Shown here in pieces: positions 24,944-38,444 of a stretch of 49,655 bases of DNA. The stretch covers positions 1 to 49,655 of the forward strand of contig JASJQH010000019.1 of NCBI GenBank assembly GCA_040143965.1, read 5' to 3'. Numbering within the stretch: the stretch's first letter is position 1; every line of letters begins with the position of its first letter. The stretch is from Basidiobolus ranarum (lineage: Eukaryota). The position numbers and the translations under genes were made by a program. The notes under the pieces were generated by a model. It did no database searches. It saw only the letters and a program-made list of their open reading frames with translations, and was not told the origin of the DNA.

Positions 24944-26030
24944 ATGACCAGTTCTTCCGTTATCGATACCAACACCAACCAAGAGCAAGGTGCTACCGCA
25001 ACTATCGGCTCTCGCAAGTCCCAACTTGCTCTCATTCAGACTTACTATGTGCGCGATAGACTTAAGGAGATCTACCCTGGGTATGAATTCCCTGTTGTAA
25101 AAATGTCTACCACAGGAGACAACGTACTTGACGTTGCCCTCTCAAAGATTGGTGAAAAGTCTTTGTTTACCAAAGAACTTGAGGTTGCTCTTGAGAATCG
25201 TACTGTCGATTTTGTTGTTCACAGTCTAAAAGACCTTCCCACTACTTTACCTCCTGGTATGGTCATTGGAGCTATTTTGGAACGTGAAGATCCTAGAGAT
25301 GCTGTAGTCTTAGCTGAACGCTTTCAAGGCCTGAGTTTAGAAGACCTTCCAGAAGGAAGTATTATTGGAACCAGTAGTGTGCGCCGAATTGCTCAATTAA
25401 AAATCAAGTATCCCCAATTTAATTTCCAAGATATTGTAAGTTACATCTGTCTATGATCAATGTTGTAGTTCAAATTGTTAACCTGTACGTGAATTTTAGC
25501 GTGGAAATCTCAATACCAGACTTGCAAAACTAGATGATCCTAATGGCCCATACACTGCCATCATTCTTGCAGTAGCCGGTTTAAAGCGTATGGGTTGGGA
25601 ATCCCGTATATCTCAAATATTGGTTGAGTCGAACATGCTCCATGCTGTTGGCCAAGGTGCCCTTGGTATTGAATGCCGCGAAGGAGACAGCGATATAATT
25701 CAACTATTATCTTTCCTCAATCATCATGATACTAGACTTCGTTGCTTCGCCGAACGTGGATTTATGCGTAAACTTGAAGGTGGTTGTAGCGTACCTATTG
25801 GTGTCACCACTGAATGGTTGGATGAGGCTGGCACTCCTAACCGCCGTTTGCGCCTTCATGGTATTGTATCGAGCCCCGATGGCCAGGAGGTTATTCAAGA
25901 TCAAATCATTGAGGAGATTGGTGACGATGAAACAAAAGCCACTGGTCTTGGTGAACAGTTAGCAGATATCTTCATATCCAAAGGGGCTGAGAAGATCTTG
26001 GAACCATTAAAGAACATTCGTAAATGGTAG
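24944..26030 (+). CDS. HEM3: Porphobilinogen deaminase (hydroxymethylbilane synthase), 2 exons
   Basis: [46 protein letters not shown] across intron 25436-25499, [20 protein letters not shown]. Confidence 0.96.
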
Positions 26031-27579
26031 ACGTCGAAATTTTTTTCTTTTGATACCATTGGTACTTCCCTTCCACCCATCGTGACTTAATTACTTCCTA
26101 TCCACACCTACCTTAATGGCTTGTTATTCTTCACTTCTTAAACTATGACATTTTGTATTTCCGAGAAATACGAATTCCATTTCATAGATTTCTACTCGCG
26201 TGATTGAATCATAAACATCAACTTTACTACTACATATAATAAATTTCCAAAAATGAATAAGATCTATCCTTTCCATATGGAGTAAATAAGAATCATCGGG
26301 GAAACGATTCCAAAAATGGTGAGATCTAGATGTCTCCTTGAGATGAAGGTCAATCAATCGTTTCGCTAATGATCATCATCATTATTGATCGATCATTTCG
26401 AAACACAAACTAATTGGTATGTGATTTTCAATTAAATCCACTTACATCTACTTTCGGGGTTTTTTGGGATTTCCCGGATTCAATAGCATTCTCTATAAGC
26501 TTGCAAAATACAGTGTGATATCCCAAGGTATCAAATAATGAGAGAGGCTAGTTTTTTTATTATTAAAAAAATATAAATAGCGATGGCACTTAAAGTCTCC
26601 ACCCATTTCACTTGTGGATAGTCGCTTGGTTAAGGCGCTTCAAACTAAATTTACTAGATTTTCATAGATTTTCAAGAAATCTAAAAGATTGGTTAGTAAG
26701 CCATCCTTGATCTACATTTTTCCTGCTGTAAGAACAACTTGAAGTGAGTCGGTTTATTCTAGAATTAAGTCCTCGACTGCCTCAGACTATTCTAGAATAT
26801 TGGCATTACTGTACATTCAGGATGACTCAACGGTAAAGAATGGCCTGAGTGTCGGAGATTCTTAAACAAGTATCCTCGAGGTTTGGGAACAAGAAGCAGG
26901 TTTTCGTAAGATGAATTACAATCCTAATTAGCCGATGCTCATCTTGCTATCGTCTAGAGACGAAAACATAACTTCAAAGTATTCCCTCTAATCCAAAAAG
27001 TACACATTATCTCGTGCCATGCCACCCTCTCATTGGTCACCTTAAGGAACGCTTTGAATATCGCATTTTAAGCCTCTTACGAGGTACCTCCGTTTTACAA
27101 CTCCATTCAACTCAAGACTTAGGCCAAATTCATCGAGAATTTCCATTTTAGTGAAATCCAGTTTGTTTGATAAGGTGTGAGGAAGGTTGTAGAATGATGG
27201 CCAGGCCAATCAGTAAGTGTGATGTGGGCAGAGAATATCATTGGATACAGGTTTTGTAATCGATTACCACAAATTATGTGTATGTGCGCCCAAAAGGCAG
27301 CTATTTGACAGCGCGAATTGTATACAGGTTTGTTTATCCTGTCATAAGGAGATTGTTATTCTACCTATCTTACCTACAAAACTAATGGCTTTTTGGACTG
27401 GATTATCTAATGGTGGATTAATAATATAGTGGATTAATAATAATATTACCAAAAATACTCGGTAATTCATTAGTTTAGGTCAATCATCATTGTCTTGCAT
27501 CATTTTGCCAGGGGTAAATGAGATAAATAGAGCACCGGGAATTTCTCGGTTTCTGCATTCACTTCTTTAACCTCTAAAT

Positions 27580-28542
27580 ATGTCTTCTATTCTCGATCAA
27601 CTCAAGCAACAAACTGTTGTCGTTGCTGACACCGGTGACTTCGAGACCATTGCTCAATACAAGCCAACTGATGCCACCACTAACCCTTCTCTTATCTTGG
27701 CCGCTTCTCAAAAGCCTCAATACGCTAAGCTTATTGATGATGCTATTGATTACGCCAAAGCCAAGGGTGGTAGCATTGAAGAACAAACCGAGAACTCCCT
27801 CGATAAATTGTTGGTTAACTTCGGTTGTGAAATCTTGAAGCTCATTCCCGGTCGTGTCTCCACTGAGGTTGATGCTCGTTTATCTTTCAACAAGGAAGCC
27901 ACTATCCAAAAGGCTCTCCAATTGATTGAACTTTACAAGGCTGCCGGTATCTCCAAGGACCGTGTCTTAATTAAAATTGCCTCTACCTGGGAAGGTATCC
28001 AAGCCGCTAAAGTACTGGAGGAGAAGTACGATATCCACTGCAACTTGACTCTTCTCTTCTCTTTCTGCCAAGCTGTTGCTTGCGCTGAGGCTAACATTAC
28101 CTTAATCTCCCCCTTCGTTGGTCGTATCCTTGATTGGTACAAGAGCAGCACCGGTAAAACTTACGAGTCCCATGAAGATCCCGGTGTTTTGTCTGTTCGT
28201 CGTATTTACAACTACTACAAGAACCATGGTCACAACACCATTGTCATGGGTGCCTCTTTCCGTAACACCGGTGAGATCAAGCAACTTGCTGGTTGCGACT
28301 ATTTGACCATTTCTCCTTCTCTTCTTGGAGAATTGGCCAACGAGCAGGCCGAGCTTGTCCGTGTCTTGAGCCCAGAGTTGGCCAAGGAAGTTGCTGAACC
28401 CAAGGTTACGTTCGATGAGACTGCCTTCAGATGGGCTTTGAATGAGGATGCCATGGCCACTGAGAAGCTCAGTGAAGGTATTCGTAAGTTTGCTGAAGAT
28501 GGACGTAAGCTTGAAGCTACTCTTCGCGGAAAACTTGAGTAA
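27580..28542 (+). CDS. TAL1: Transaldolase (intronless)
   Basis: [28 protein letters not shown], catalytic [33 protein letters not shown]. Confidence 0.97.
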   Translation: MSSILDQLKQQTVVVADTGDFETIAQYKPTDATTNPSLILAASQKPQYAKLIDDAIDYAKAKGGSIEEQTENSLDKLLVNFGCEILKLIPGRVSTEVDARLSFNKEATIQKALQLIELYKAAGISKDRVLIKIASTWEGIQAAKVLEEKYDIHCNLTLLFSFCQAVACAEANITLISPFVGRILDWYKSSTGKTYESHEDPGVLSVRRIYNYYKNHGHNTIVMGASFRNTGEIKQLAGCDYLTISPSLLGELANEQAELVRVLSPELAKEVAEPKVTFDETAFRWALNEDAMATEKLSEGIRKFAEDGRKLEATLRGKLE

Positions 28543-29276
28543 TTCATTTCATAGATGCAAAACATACCCCTTACTTCAACCCCGAATCAATTCCACACTA
28601 ACATTCTATTCACTCGCACGTAAAACTCTTCGTTTTTATTTTGTATTAAAGCATAAATTATAATGCATCAAAATTGTTATTTTTGGGAAGTTCTCCAACA
28701 TGAGTCATATGTAGTCTAAATTTTGAACCCTAATTACGTCACCTCAGTTACCAAGGTTTTCATGGCACGTGGGATGGATCGAGTACATGGACTTGGTTAT
28801 CACCTATAGATACGTAAAGTGAAGTAAATTTTCACTACGAATGTTACTAGTGAAATACACATCTGACTACAGATATATCAACCCCCTATATACTTCGCAT
28901 CCGCACATACATAATTAGTTGAATTAATAATCGCGGAATCGACTCAACCGTTAGTTTCACCGCAGTATTCTTGAATAGGTTTGGTGAACATTTAGGAAGA
29001 AATATTTGTAAGCATTTCATTGGATCTCAGTATTTTTTCATCCAGCTGTAACTGTCAATATTGATTAATGGATTTTATGATTTTATGATAGTCACGTAGT
29101 AATTGTTGTGTTTAAAATATTATGTTTATACGTTTATTAGTACACTTATCTAGGTTTCAGTATTGACTTGAACTTTTGGATTCCACTGGTCCCCGTACTC
29201 ATTGTCTTTCCTGTTCACTTAGATATTAACTTATTTATTTTAAACATTTAACTGTTCCTTTCCTCCTTTCTTCAGC

Positions 29277-32200
29277 ATGCCTCGCATCTCACAGGACAAG
29301 CCGAAGAAAAAAATAGGAAAAGTACGTATTTGAAGAGTATGATCTTTCTAAAAAAAAACCAAACAAAACGATACCTCCTTATTCCCTTACCTCCACTATT
29401 TATTGAAAGTTAACTTATTGTATTAAGAAAGACAGCTAAACTCATGTACTTTCTAACTCATAGAAATCGGAAGACACGAAGGAACACCATGACATTCAAA
29501 AATTCTTCGCTAAAAGTGATACTTCTACTTTGACTTCGAGCAACAACTCATGGAATACTGAAGATTCAAATAAAACCAACAAGTTCGGTCACACTGAAAA
29601 TCAACTTGACCTGGAAATCCCTCCGAAAATTAAAAAAGAGAAAAAGCATACTACCAGTTTAGACAGCGTGGATATAGGTGGATAGTTTTTCATCTTGTTA
29701 ATTATACCGAATTATAGTATTATTAGCTTGGATACTAACTAGAGATATGTAGAAGTTAAATCGGAAAGTAACGTGAAAGAAATTCAAAAAACACCACCAT
29801 CTTCACCAAAGCCCGTAGATTCTTTTAAATCACCACGCTCTGATGTATTTTGGTTAACCTCACCACCAGCAGCGAACCTGAAGAAAGTTGTGAAACAAGA
29901 TCAAAGTAAACGATAATAGCCAATATACATGTCAATGAATCATTTAGATTAACATAGTTACTGATAGAATCCGATGTCAATATTGAAACGGAAGTTTCCG
30001 ATCTCATTAAATTCTTACAATCGGGAGTACCAAAGTCGAAATTGAAAAGTCAGATCAAAGTAATCCTGGTCTCCTTCAAGACATCCTTGACCTTGACATA
30101 AATGTTAACCCTTTCTTTGCTCTAGGCTCATGGGAGTCATTTTTCAGAAGATCTTACGAGCTCTAAGGCTTTAAAAGAGTCAGATGATTTGAATTTGTTT
30201 GAGGACGAGTTGTCACAATCTCCAACAAGAGATAGGAAGAATCGACGACATACAACGGCATTCAGACGATCTATTAATTATGACATGAAGCGTACATCAG
30301 CTAGTGTAGGTCGAGATGGAGTCAAGCCCAAACAAGAGTTCATGGACTTTTTGACCAAGTTGAAATCTGCTTTTGAACAATCCAAAAAGAGTCCAGGCTC
30401 TGATAAATCCAATGGCGAATCTTCTACAAAATCTCCAGATTTCAAATATCAAGCCAGACTTGCTTCTTTACAAAACAGCCCAACTTTACTTAAATCCAAT
30501 TCATTTCCACAGGTGATAAAGAGTGATGAACATACTAGTTCTATTAGTTTGTCGAAAACACATAGCTTTAATTCATTCGAAACTCCCGAATTGTCATCAC
30601 CCTCAATTGATGCAGCCGTTAAAAAAGAACCAAGCAGCGCTATTAAGTTAGAGAGTCCATCGCCGGTAGTAGTTGATGAGTTTGATGACTTAGACTTTGA
30701 TGAAGGAGAGTTGGAACAGGTCCTGTGCAAGTATGATTCCTACAATTCTACTGAAAATTCACAGTCTAGCTCGTTCATTGACTCCGAAGACCCAGCCAAA
30801 ATTAGCTCTACTCCAGCATCACAAAATCCTACCCAAATTCCAGGCCGCGTATTTAACAGCAAATACGAAAGGTTCTTGGTTTTGGAGGTGAATTACTCAA
30901 GCTACCTGGGCGGAGGTTCCTACAAAGTCGACCAACAAGAAAAGGTTGTTACCTTGCTCGATTGAAATTTACCTTTATTCTCTTTTTGTTATTGACTCCA
31001 GTTTATTTCATGATAGATTCTACGCCTGTTCAATGAGAATACTGGCATGGAGCGTTATCTTCATTTACGCGAGGATTGGTGGCACACATTAGTTAATGTG
31101 GGGGATTATGTCCATATTGTTGGAGAATTTGATGAAGAAAATCGATGTTATGTGGACAATGAAAACAATCTACTCATTCTACATCCGGACTGTTTGATAT
31201 CGAGTACACATCTGGCCGATAGTTTCGTTTGTTTAAGAAAATCAGTGCTACAGGATAGAATTCGAGAGACCGGTGATACCAATTCTGCTTTGATCTACGG
31301 ATTGCTGTTGCATGTATTATTACAACGTGTGATGTCTGATAACGATTTCTCTACTCCCAAGCTCTTATCAGAGATACAGACTTTGATAATTTATGCTATT
31401 GAAGAGCTGTATTCAGTTGGAGAGACCGAGGAGACCGCCATGGAGCATTTGAAAGAGATGATTCCATTAATTCAGGAATGGGCATCCAAGTATATCAGTT
31501 CTCGACCAAAGGTAATAAGGGAATGGGGGTGGAAACATACGCAACTGTTATTGATGGTTTGTTAAAATCCTTTAGCCTGAAGGCCTTGTTGCCCAACACC
31601 GAAGCGTTACTGGAGAAAAATTAAACGTCTCAATATGTAAAATTTTAGATATTGAGGAGCATATCTGGTCGCCCATGTACGGTCTAAAAGGGAAAATCGA
31701 TGTCTCGGTACAAATGAAGAAAGTTGATTCAAATCAAAACACAAGCACTCTAGTGGCACCATTTGAATTGAAAACCGGCAAAAGCACCAAGGTTTTAGCA
31801 CATCGAGCTCAAACGGTTTTGTATACTCTATTGATGTCGGACCGCTACGGTAAGTGTTGATATAATATTGATTGTCAACCGTACCTCCCAAATTAACTAA
31901 TTTATTCTTGGTTAGATATTGATATTGCTTCTGGTCTTTTGTATTACATGAAGGCAGGGGAAATGATATCTGTTCCAGCCGTTAGAGATGAAATACGAGG
32001 GCTTCTAATCGGACGTAATCAAATGGCTCCATATCTTATCAATCGAAGGAAACTGCCTTCGATGTTAGAGAGCTTGCATACTTGTCAAAGGTGTTATGTG
32101 CTGGATTCATGCCTGGTTTATCATAAGGTAATATTGCCTTATGCAAATGTTTAATGTGACTGTTTTCGTTAAATTTCTTTATAGACAGTTGAGAACGGAG

Positions 32201-34916
32201 ATGCAACCAGCAGCGGTTTAGGAGCACTCTTTGACTCAAAAGTTGGCCATATTACTGACAGACATACTCAATTTTTCGATAAATGGGACAAGTTGATTTC
32301 TCTGGAAGAAAATGACATGCATAGATTTAGAAAGGAGATCTGGTGTCTTTTGGGAGTTGAAAGAGAGAGACTCGGAAGGTAATATCAAACTATACAAGTG
32401 TCTTTGAAGCAACTAAATATATATATCTCCGTATAGATGCTTCAGTAACATGGTGTTAGATCGAAGTAGCTACAAAGATGAGGGGCAAATTGGTGGCGCC
32501 ACAAGATACAAATATAGGTTCTTGAGAGATGCTACCGAAGAAGAAATCGAAGGAAACCCACAGAAATCGCTACTTAACTCTCAAATAAATGTTGGTGACC
32601 CCGTGGTCATTTCTTCGGAATTTGGACATTACGCGTTAGCAGTCGGCTTCGTTATCGAGCTCAACCCCAAAAGTTTAACCGTTTCACTAGATCGGCAGTT
32701 ACGCGGAATCCCAGCTAGATTGCAGAATTTTGATAAAACGAAGAATCAGGATTTTCAAGGAATTACTGAGATTGGAAGCAAGACTCAGTACTCTGCCAAA
32801 TCCAAAACCTTTGAAACTGTCACTAGTACTAAACGACCACTAAATGAGGCGTCAGGGATTCTAAGCGAAGAGCAAATCACCTACAGAATCGATAAAGATG
32901 AACTCACGGCTGGAATGGGCCTTGTACGAAACAATTTAGTGAAGTTGATCTCATTAGAAGGAGAAGACAAAAGAAGATTGATTGTTGACCTGGAGCCGCC
33001 GGTATTCGTACCAGTGGACACTCACATTCGGGAAACCTTTGGGCATGAGTTGAACCTTGATCAAAGGAAAGCTTTGGAAAAGGCGATTTCAGGTAAGTTC
33101 TTCAAAATTCTGCAACTCCTTTTTCGTACGAAGTGAAATCTAATTCTAGTCGATGATGGTTGATAGCTAGGGACTATGCATTAATTTTGGGTATGCCTGG
33201 AACCGGCAAAACCACTACCATTTCATATATCGTCAAAGCACTTATATCTATGAAGAAGTCGGTTCTTCTAGTGTCCTATACTCATACTGCAGTAGACAAT
33301 ATTTTACTTAAACTCAAGCATGAAAATGTAGACATGTTGCGTCTTGGGAACAGAGACAAGGTAAAGATTACTGAAAGCTTTCAAACCATATGTGCAATAA
33401 TACCAATGTCCATTCTGTAGATACACTCGGAAATTCTGGAGTTTACCCCAGACTTGTCGAAATTAACAAGCGTCAAAGAGTTGGAGAATTTCTACGCTAG
33501 CAAAAATGTAGTAGCCACGACCTGCTTAGGAATCGGACAGTACGTAGATGTTCATATGATGGACTTAAGGGCATGCTTTTATTGACTTTCATTAATTTAT
33601 TTAGCAATTTGTTTACCAAGCGTCGGTTCGATTACTGCATTGTGGATGAGGCTTCTCAGATTACTTTGCCAGTGTGTATAGGGCCACTGAGATTCGCAAA
33701 CACGTTCATCTTGGTAGGGGATCATTATCAACTTCCACCCTTAGTTCGCAATTCCGAAGCGAAGCAGGATGGTTTGACCATATCCCTATTTAAATTATTA
33801 TCCGAAACGCATCCAGAGTCGGTGGTTTCTTTGGAACACCAATACAGAATGAACAAAGAGATCATGACTCTCTCCAATGCACTTATATACAATTACAAGT
33901 TGAGATGTGGTACACCGAATGTAGCGACATGGACACTCGAAGTTCCAAACGAAGAAAATTTAAGTGAGCTGCACAACGGTAAAAACGACTGGAATGGGGA
34001 GAGTTCGTGCTCTAAACATTGCTGGTTGAGAAAACTGATTATTCCAGAGTAATTAGCAAATTGGATTGAAACCTTAAACAACGCAACATTGAATAACCGA
34101 TATATTAACAGATCCAAGGTGTTATTCGTCGATACAGACGAGGTACCAGGGCCAGACTCGCGTCCAGGAGAACTTATTCAGAATGATATAGAGGCTCAGT
34201 TGATCCACCATGTAAGTCTGTTGACAACGTTTCTTGTGAGGACTGCCAATTAATCTCTTTAATAGTTTGTTGAGGCCTTGACCGTTTGCGGGGTGCCTGA
34301 ATCTGCGATAGGAGTAATCTCGCCCTATCGATCACAGTTGAAAATAATCACCCATTTGCTTCAACTACACTCGAATATTGAGATTCATACGATTGATAAA
34401 TACCAAGGTAGAGACAAAGACTGCATTCTCATCTCGTTGGTTCGGTCCAATCCTGCCCAAAACGTAAGTAATTTGTCAACGCTGATCTTGTAACAAGCAA
34501 CACTTAATTAACGCTTGATTCTACGGTACAGGTGGGTGAATTACTACGCGATTGGAGGCGTATCAATGTGGCATTTACCAGGGCCAGAAAAAAGCTGATT
34601 ATCTTTGGATCCTTGTCTACTTTACGTGGAACACATCTTTTTGGGGAATTTTTGAATCTGATGGAAACCAATAATTGGGTAGGAAACAGCACCAAGCACC
34701 AAGCACTACGCCACAACATGACCTAACTTGTATTTTATTTCCTAATAGATCTATCATCTACCCAAAGATGCGCATAAACATCATTCTGTAAATACTCCCC
34801 CTATAGAGGAATTGTCTCAATTCAATACACCATCCAAACGAAGAAGACTAGCTAGTGTCGCTAACGCTGTGCTAAAGAAATCCAATGTTTTGAAAGATTT
34901 GATCCAAGAAATGTGA
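29277..34916 (+). CDS. DNA2: DNA replication helicase/nuclease Dna2 (multi-exon)
   Basis: Disordered N-terminus, nuclease motifs [18 protein letters not shown] and PFELKTGK, Fe-S Cys ([16 protein letters not shown]), and SF1 helicase motifs [51 protein letters not shown]. The 5' exons are less certain. Confidence 0.93.
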
Positions 34917-35004
34917 GATTAACTCTTATATTGTTTGTTCATAGGAACCACGCGCATCGTCTCTACATTGACATGTACTATATCATAATAAAAAATTGAC
35001 CGTC

Positions 35005-36118
35005 TTAGCTAAAATTGGTGTTCAAGTATTGAACGAATAATTCTGCGATTCTAGATATGTCCAGAACAGTATGCATCTTATTGATATTCACAAATTGTCT
35101 GCGTAGTCTTCTTAATTCTGCCATACTGATTGAACGTGCAGGAAGCTGAACCTTCATAGAGGTGCCTGGAATGACGACTTTGTAGGAGCCTAAGTTGCTT
35201 TTTTGCTCTTCAAGAACTGCATTCACTATCTCTTGGGTCACCTTGTCGAGTTCATAGAGATAATTGGTCTCCGTGACTGGTTTCTAGTTGAACATTAGTT
35301 AGCCTATATCCTTTCTCTATGATTTTTATGCCAGTCACTTACAGAAACAGTAGAGAGATTTGGTGGTGGTGCCTTCTTTAGCACGAGTGCATTCCATATC
35401 TCTTCAGTAGGAATAGTTTCATCACTCCAAAGAACCATAAATAAAGGGGAATCCCATTTATTTCTTGCTTCAGGTTCTTCATATCTTGTAACAAGTTCCT
35501 CAAAACTACACCGAGAATTGTCAATTATTAACAGAATCAAAAAAAAAGAAACAAACTACCAACATTTGAGCATCGTATCCATCTGAACGTTCAGAATTCC
35601 ATTTCTTGGCTTCCTCGATAGGAACACCACAGTGTACCTTCAGAAAAGTAAATTCAATTCACTTATTGTAAGTAAGGTAAGAGAGGAATAAAACCAATCG
35701 AGTTGGAACTTACAACACAGTGTGTAGTCCCCATCGCTCTAGCTACACAATAGAGTTGATAACGAAAACCTTTTATATAATTCATTCCATCTGCAATCAC
35801 AATGTCATCTTTTGTTAATAAACGCTCGACTGCAGACATATGAGCACCACGGGCCTTTTTTTCGTCAACAGCAGCTAGTTAGGGGCATTATAAGAAAGTA
35901 GGGAATCTTGGTTAGACAGAAAACTCTTGTCAAGTTCAAGGAAATAACATTCTACCTCTATAAGCTTCTTTGCTCACATGTAAAGATTCGTCATTGATTA
36001 AATGAATGCGAAGGTTTTTTTTCTCCTGAATACTTTTCTCTTCTAGAAATTTCTTTATTTCCAAAGCACGAGTGGTTTTACCACTGGAAGGGAAGCCACT
36101 GATAATAATCAAAGGCAT
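35005..36118 (-). CDS. KTI12: Elongator-associated protein Kti12, 5 exons
   Basis: MPLIIISGFPSSGKTTRA P-loop, IVIADGMNYIKGFRYQLYC, RYEEP..RNKWDSPLF, NYLYELDKVTQEIV, ELRRLRRQF. Confidence 0.95.
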
Positions 36119-36647
36119 TCTTATTTAGAGATATATTCAACGGAGATATCTACTCTAGTGTACACGATTGGGGGCAGCTTGGAGCTACTATAGCGACCTG
36201 TTGTCATGTAACTGATAATAGATGAAAAAAAAAGGATATCAAAATGATAGTATATTCTGTTTGGTCTTCAAATGAATTTGATCAAAACTTCCCCTCACTA
36301 CTTGTTAAACAGCACTTGGCTTCTTCATATGGATTTTTGGCTGTAGTCAAATGGTTTCCGAAATTTCTCCGTATGAATAGCTATCGGAACCCTCTGTACC
36401 TTAATTGTAGATATTCGACATAAAAGGTAATGGAGATTAGTCAATCGCTTTCCAGATAATGCTTTCCGGTTCGTGCACATTTAAATTCTAGAACCCCAAA
36501 CTGCTAAGTGTAATTCATTTTTTTTTCAAATCAAGTATTCCTTGGTGCGGAATTCTTGTATAGAATGCATCCTATATATTCTTTATATTCCGAACTTATC
36601 ACTCTTGTAACCTTTAATCCTCGGTTCAAAGTGTTGTGTTCTCTAAT

Positions 36648-38162
36648 ATGGATAGCTTAAGCGTTACTCTCGGTGTTCCTCTATCTACTTTAAAACTTCT
36701 TGGAACCATAGTTTTAGCTTATCCAGTTGCGTTCTTGTATCGCTTTCTCTATCTCCACCCTATTAATTCCCCTAAAGCTGAAGCGCAACGTAACTTGTAT
36801 ATAGTCCTCGCTGGTCTGGGTCTATCCTTTTTTTTCTCGGGCAAAGATGTCATTCATTCTTTAATAACTGTATCGTTTACTTGGGCTACTTGTTATACGT
36901 TGAGTAAGCGTAGAGGACTTGCAGTGGTCATCTGCTTCGTGTTTAACATGGCTTATTTACTGGGTGGATACTACTCTAATTCTTTGGACGAATATGACAT
37001 CACTTGGACCATGCCACAATGCGTACTCTGTCTCCGAATGATTGGCTTCGCTTGGGATTTCTATGATGGCCGCCAGGTCTACAAAGAACGTATCACCAGT
37101 GTTACTGATACCAACGATAGAAGCAAACACGACCCCGAGACAAAACCTAATGTTCAAATATCAAGACCCCCTTCTAAGGCACCCATCTCCTTTACCGATA
37201 CAGCATTAACCACACTACCCTCTTACCTCGAGACTCTGGGGTATTCATATTTCTTTGGTTCCTTCCTTATAGGCCCTCAGTTCTCGTTCACTTTGTATAA
37301 ACGTTTCATAACCCTTCAACATCTACCTAAGAACGGACAAATTATACCCCATGGTTCCTATACTCGTGCCATTCGTTGCCTTATTGTTGGAGTTATTTAC
37401 CTGGCCGCCCAACAAATTATTGGCGCATACTACCCTGTTTCTTATATGGTCACTGAGAAGTTCGGTGAGCTTTCCTTCTTCCGCCGATTCGTCTACATGT
37501 GGATAGCCGGGAAGTTCGTACTAAACAAATACCTTGGAGTATGGACGTTAAATGAAGGCTCAGGAGCCTTATGTGGAATTTCCTTCAACGGTTATAATGA
37601 ATCTGGTACTCCTTGTTGGGATGGTTTGGCCAACATTGATGTACTTAAATTTGAAGGTGCTACTTCCTTAACGAAGATCATCGCTTCCTTCAACATGAAC
37701 ACCAATAACTGGAGCAAACTTTATATCTTCAAGAGAATGAAATTCATGGGAAGCAAGCATATCTCCACTTTCTCTACTCTATTCTTCTTAGCCATATGGC
37801 ATGGTGTTCATCCAGGGTACTTCATTTGTTTCGCCACTGAATTCATCGATATGTTGGCTGAACAAATAGGTAGTAAATTATTGGCTCCTTATGTCAATTG
37901 GATGTATGCTGCAGATGATCAATCAGGTAAAACATTCATTTGTCGTAAAGCTCACCAGGCATTCACTTGGTTTATGACTACTACCGCATTATACTACGCC
38001 ATTATTCCTTTCGAATTATTACATTTCAAGCCCACCATGGCAGCATGGAAGAATTTATATTTCTTTGGAACAATTGCCGTCTTTGGAATTATTGCCATCA
38101 ATTTCATTCGTTTGAAATTATCTCCCAAAAGATCCCCTAAACTGGAGACCAAGAAACTTTAA
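36648..38162 (+). CDS. MBOAT lysophospholipid acyltransferase (Ale1/LPCAT3-like), intronless
   Basis: YDITWTMPQCVLCLRMIG, FGSFLIGPQF, SFNMNTNNW..YIFKR, and catalytic FLAIWHGVHPGY. The first ATG is at 36648. Confidence 0.92.
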   Translation: MDSLSVTLGVPLSTLKLLGTIVLAYPVAFLYRFLYLHPINSPKAEAQRNLYIVLAGLGLSFFFSGKDVIHSLITVSFTWATCYTLSKRRGLAVVICFVFNMAYLLGGYYSNSLDEYDITWTMPQCVLCLRMIGFAWDFYDGRQVYKERITSVTDTNDRSKHDPETKPNVQISRPPSKAPISFTDTALTTLPSYLETLGYSYFFGSFLIGPQFSFTLYKRFITLQHLPKNGQIIPHGSYTRAIRCLIVGVIYLAAQQIIGAYYPVSYMVTEKFGELSFFRRFVYMWIAGKFVLNKYLGVWTLNEGSGALCGISFNGYNESGTPCWDGLANIDVLKFEGATSLTKIIASFNMNTNNWSKLYIFKRMKFMGSKHISTFSTLFFLAIWHGVHPGYFICFATEFIDMLAEQIGSKLLAPYVNWMYAADDQSGKTFICRKAHQAFTWFMTTTALYYAIIPFELLHFKPTMAAWKNLYFFGTIAVFGIIAINFIRLKLSPKRSPKLETKKL

Positions 38163-38444
38163 CCCTTCCCACCTGCTCTCCTCCCCCGATTTCATCCTTC
38201 ACTCGAGCCATCATTAGTATATTCTTCTTGGGTTATAAAGATAGACTACATTTCAATTAAATTATTAAGATTTTATATCTAATTTTTAAATCAATGATTT
38301 CTGGATCTATATAGATTACATACTTTAGAAATAACATTCGAAAGTAAAAAGGGTCATGTGAATGGGGCGGGGGAGAGGGGGAAGCTTCAGTCCAAAGTAC
38401 TCAAGTGGTTAAATAAGAAAAAATGTTAGGTTATGGATGGGCAA

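Noticed and set aside
26124-26357. 77-aa minus-strand ORF between HEM3 and TAL1
   Set aside because: Non-ATG start, no motif and no splice support.
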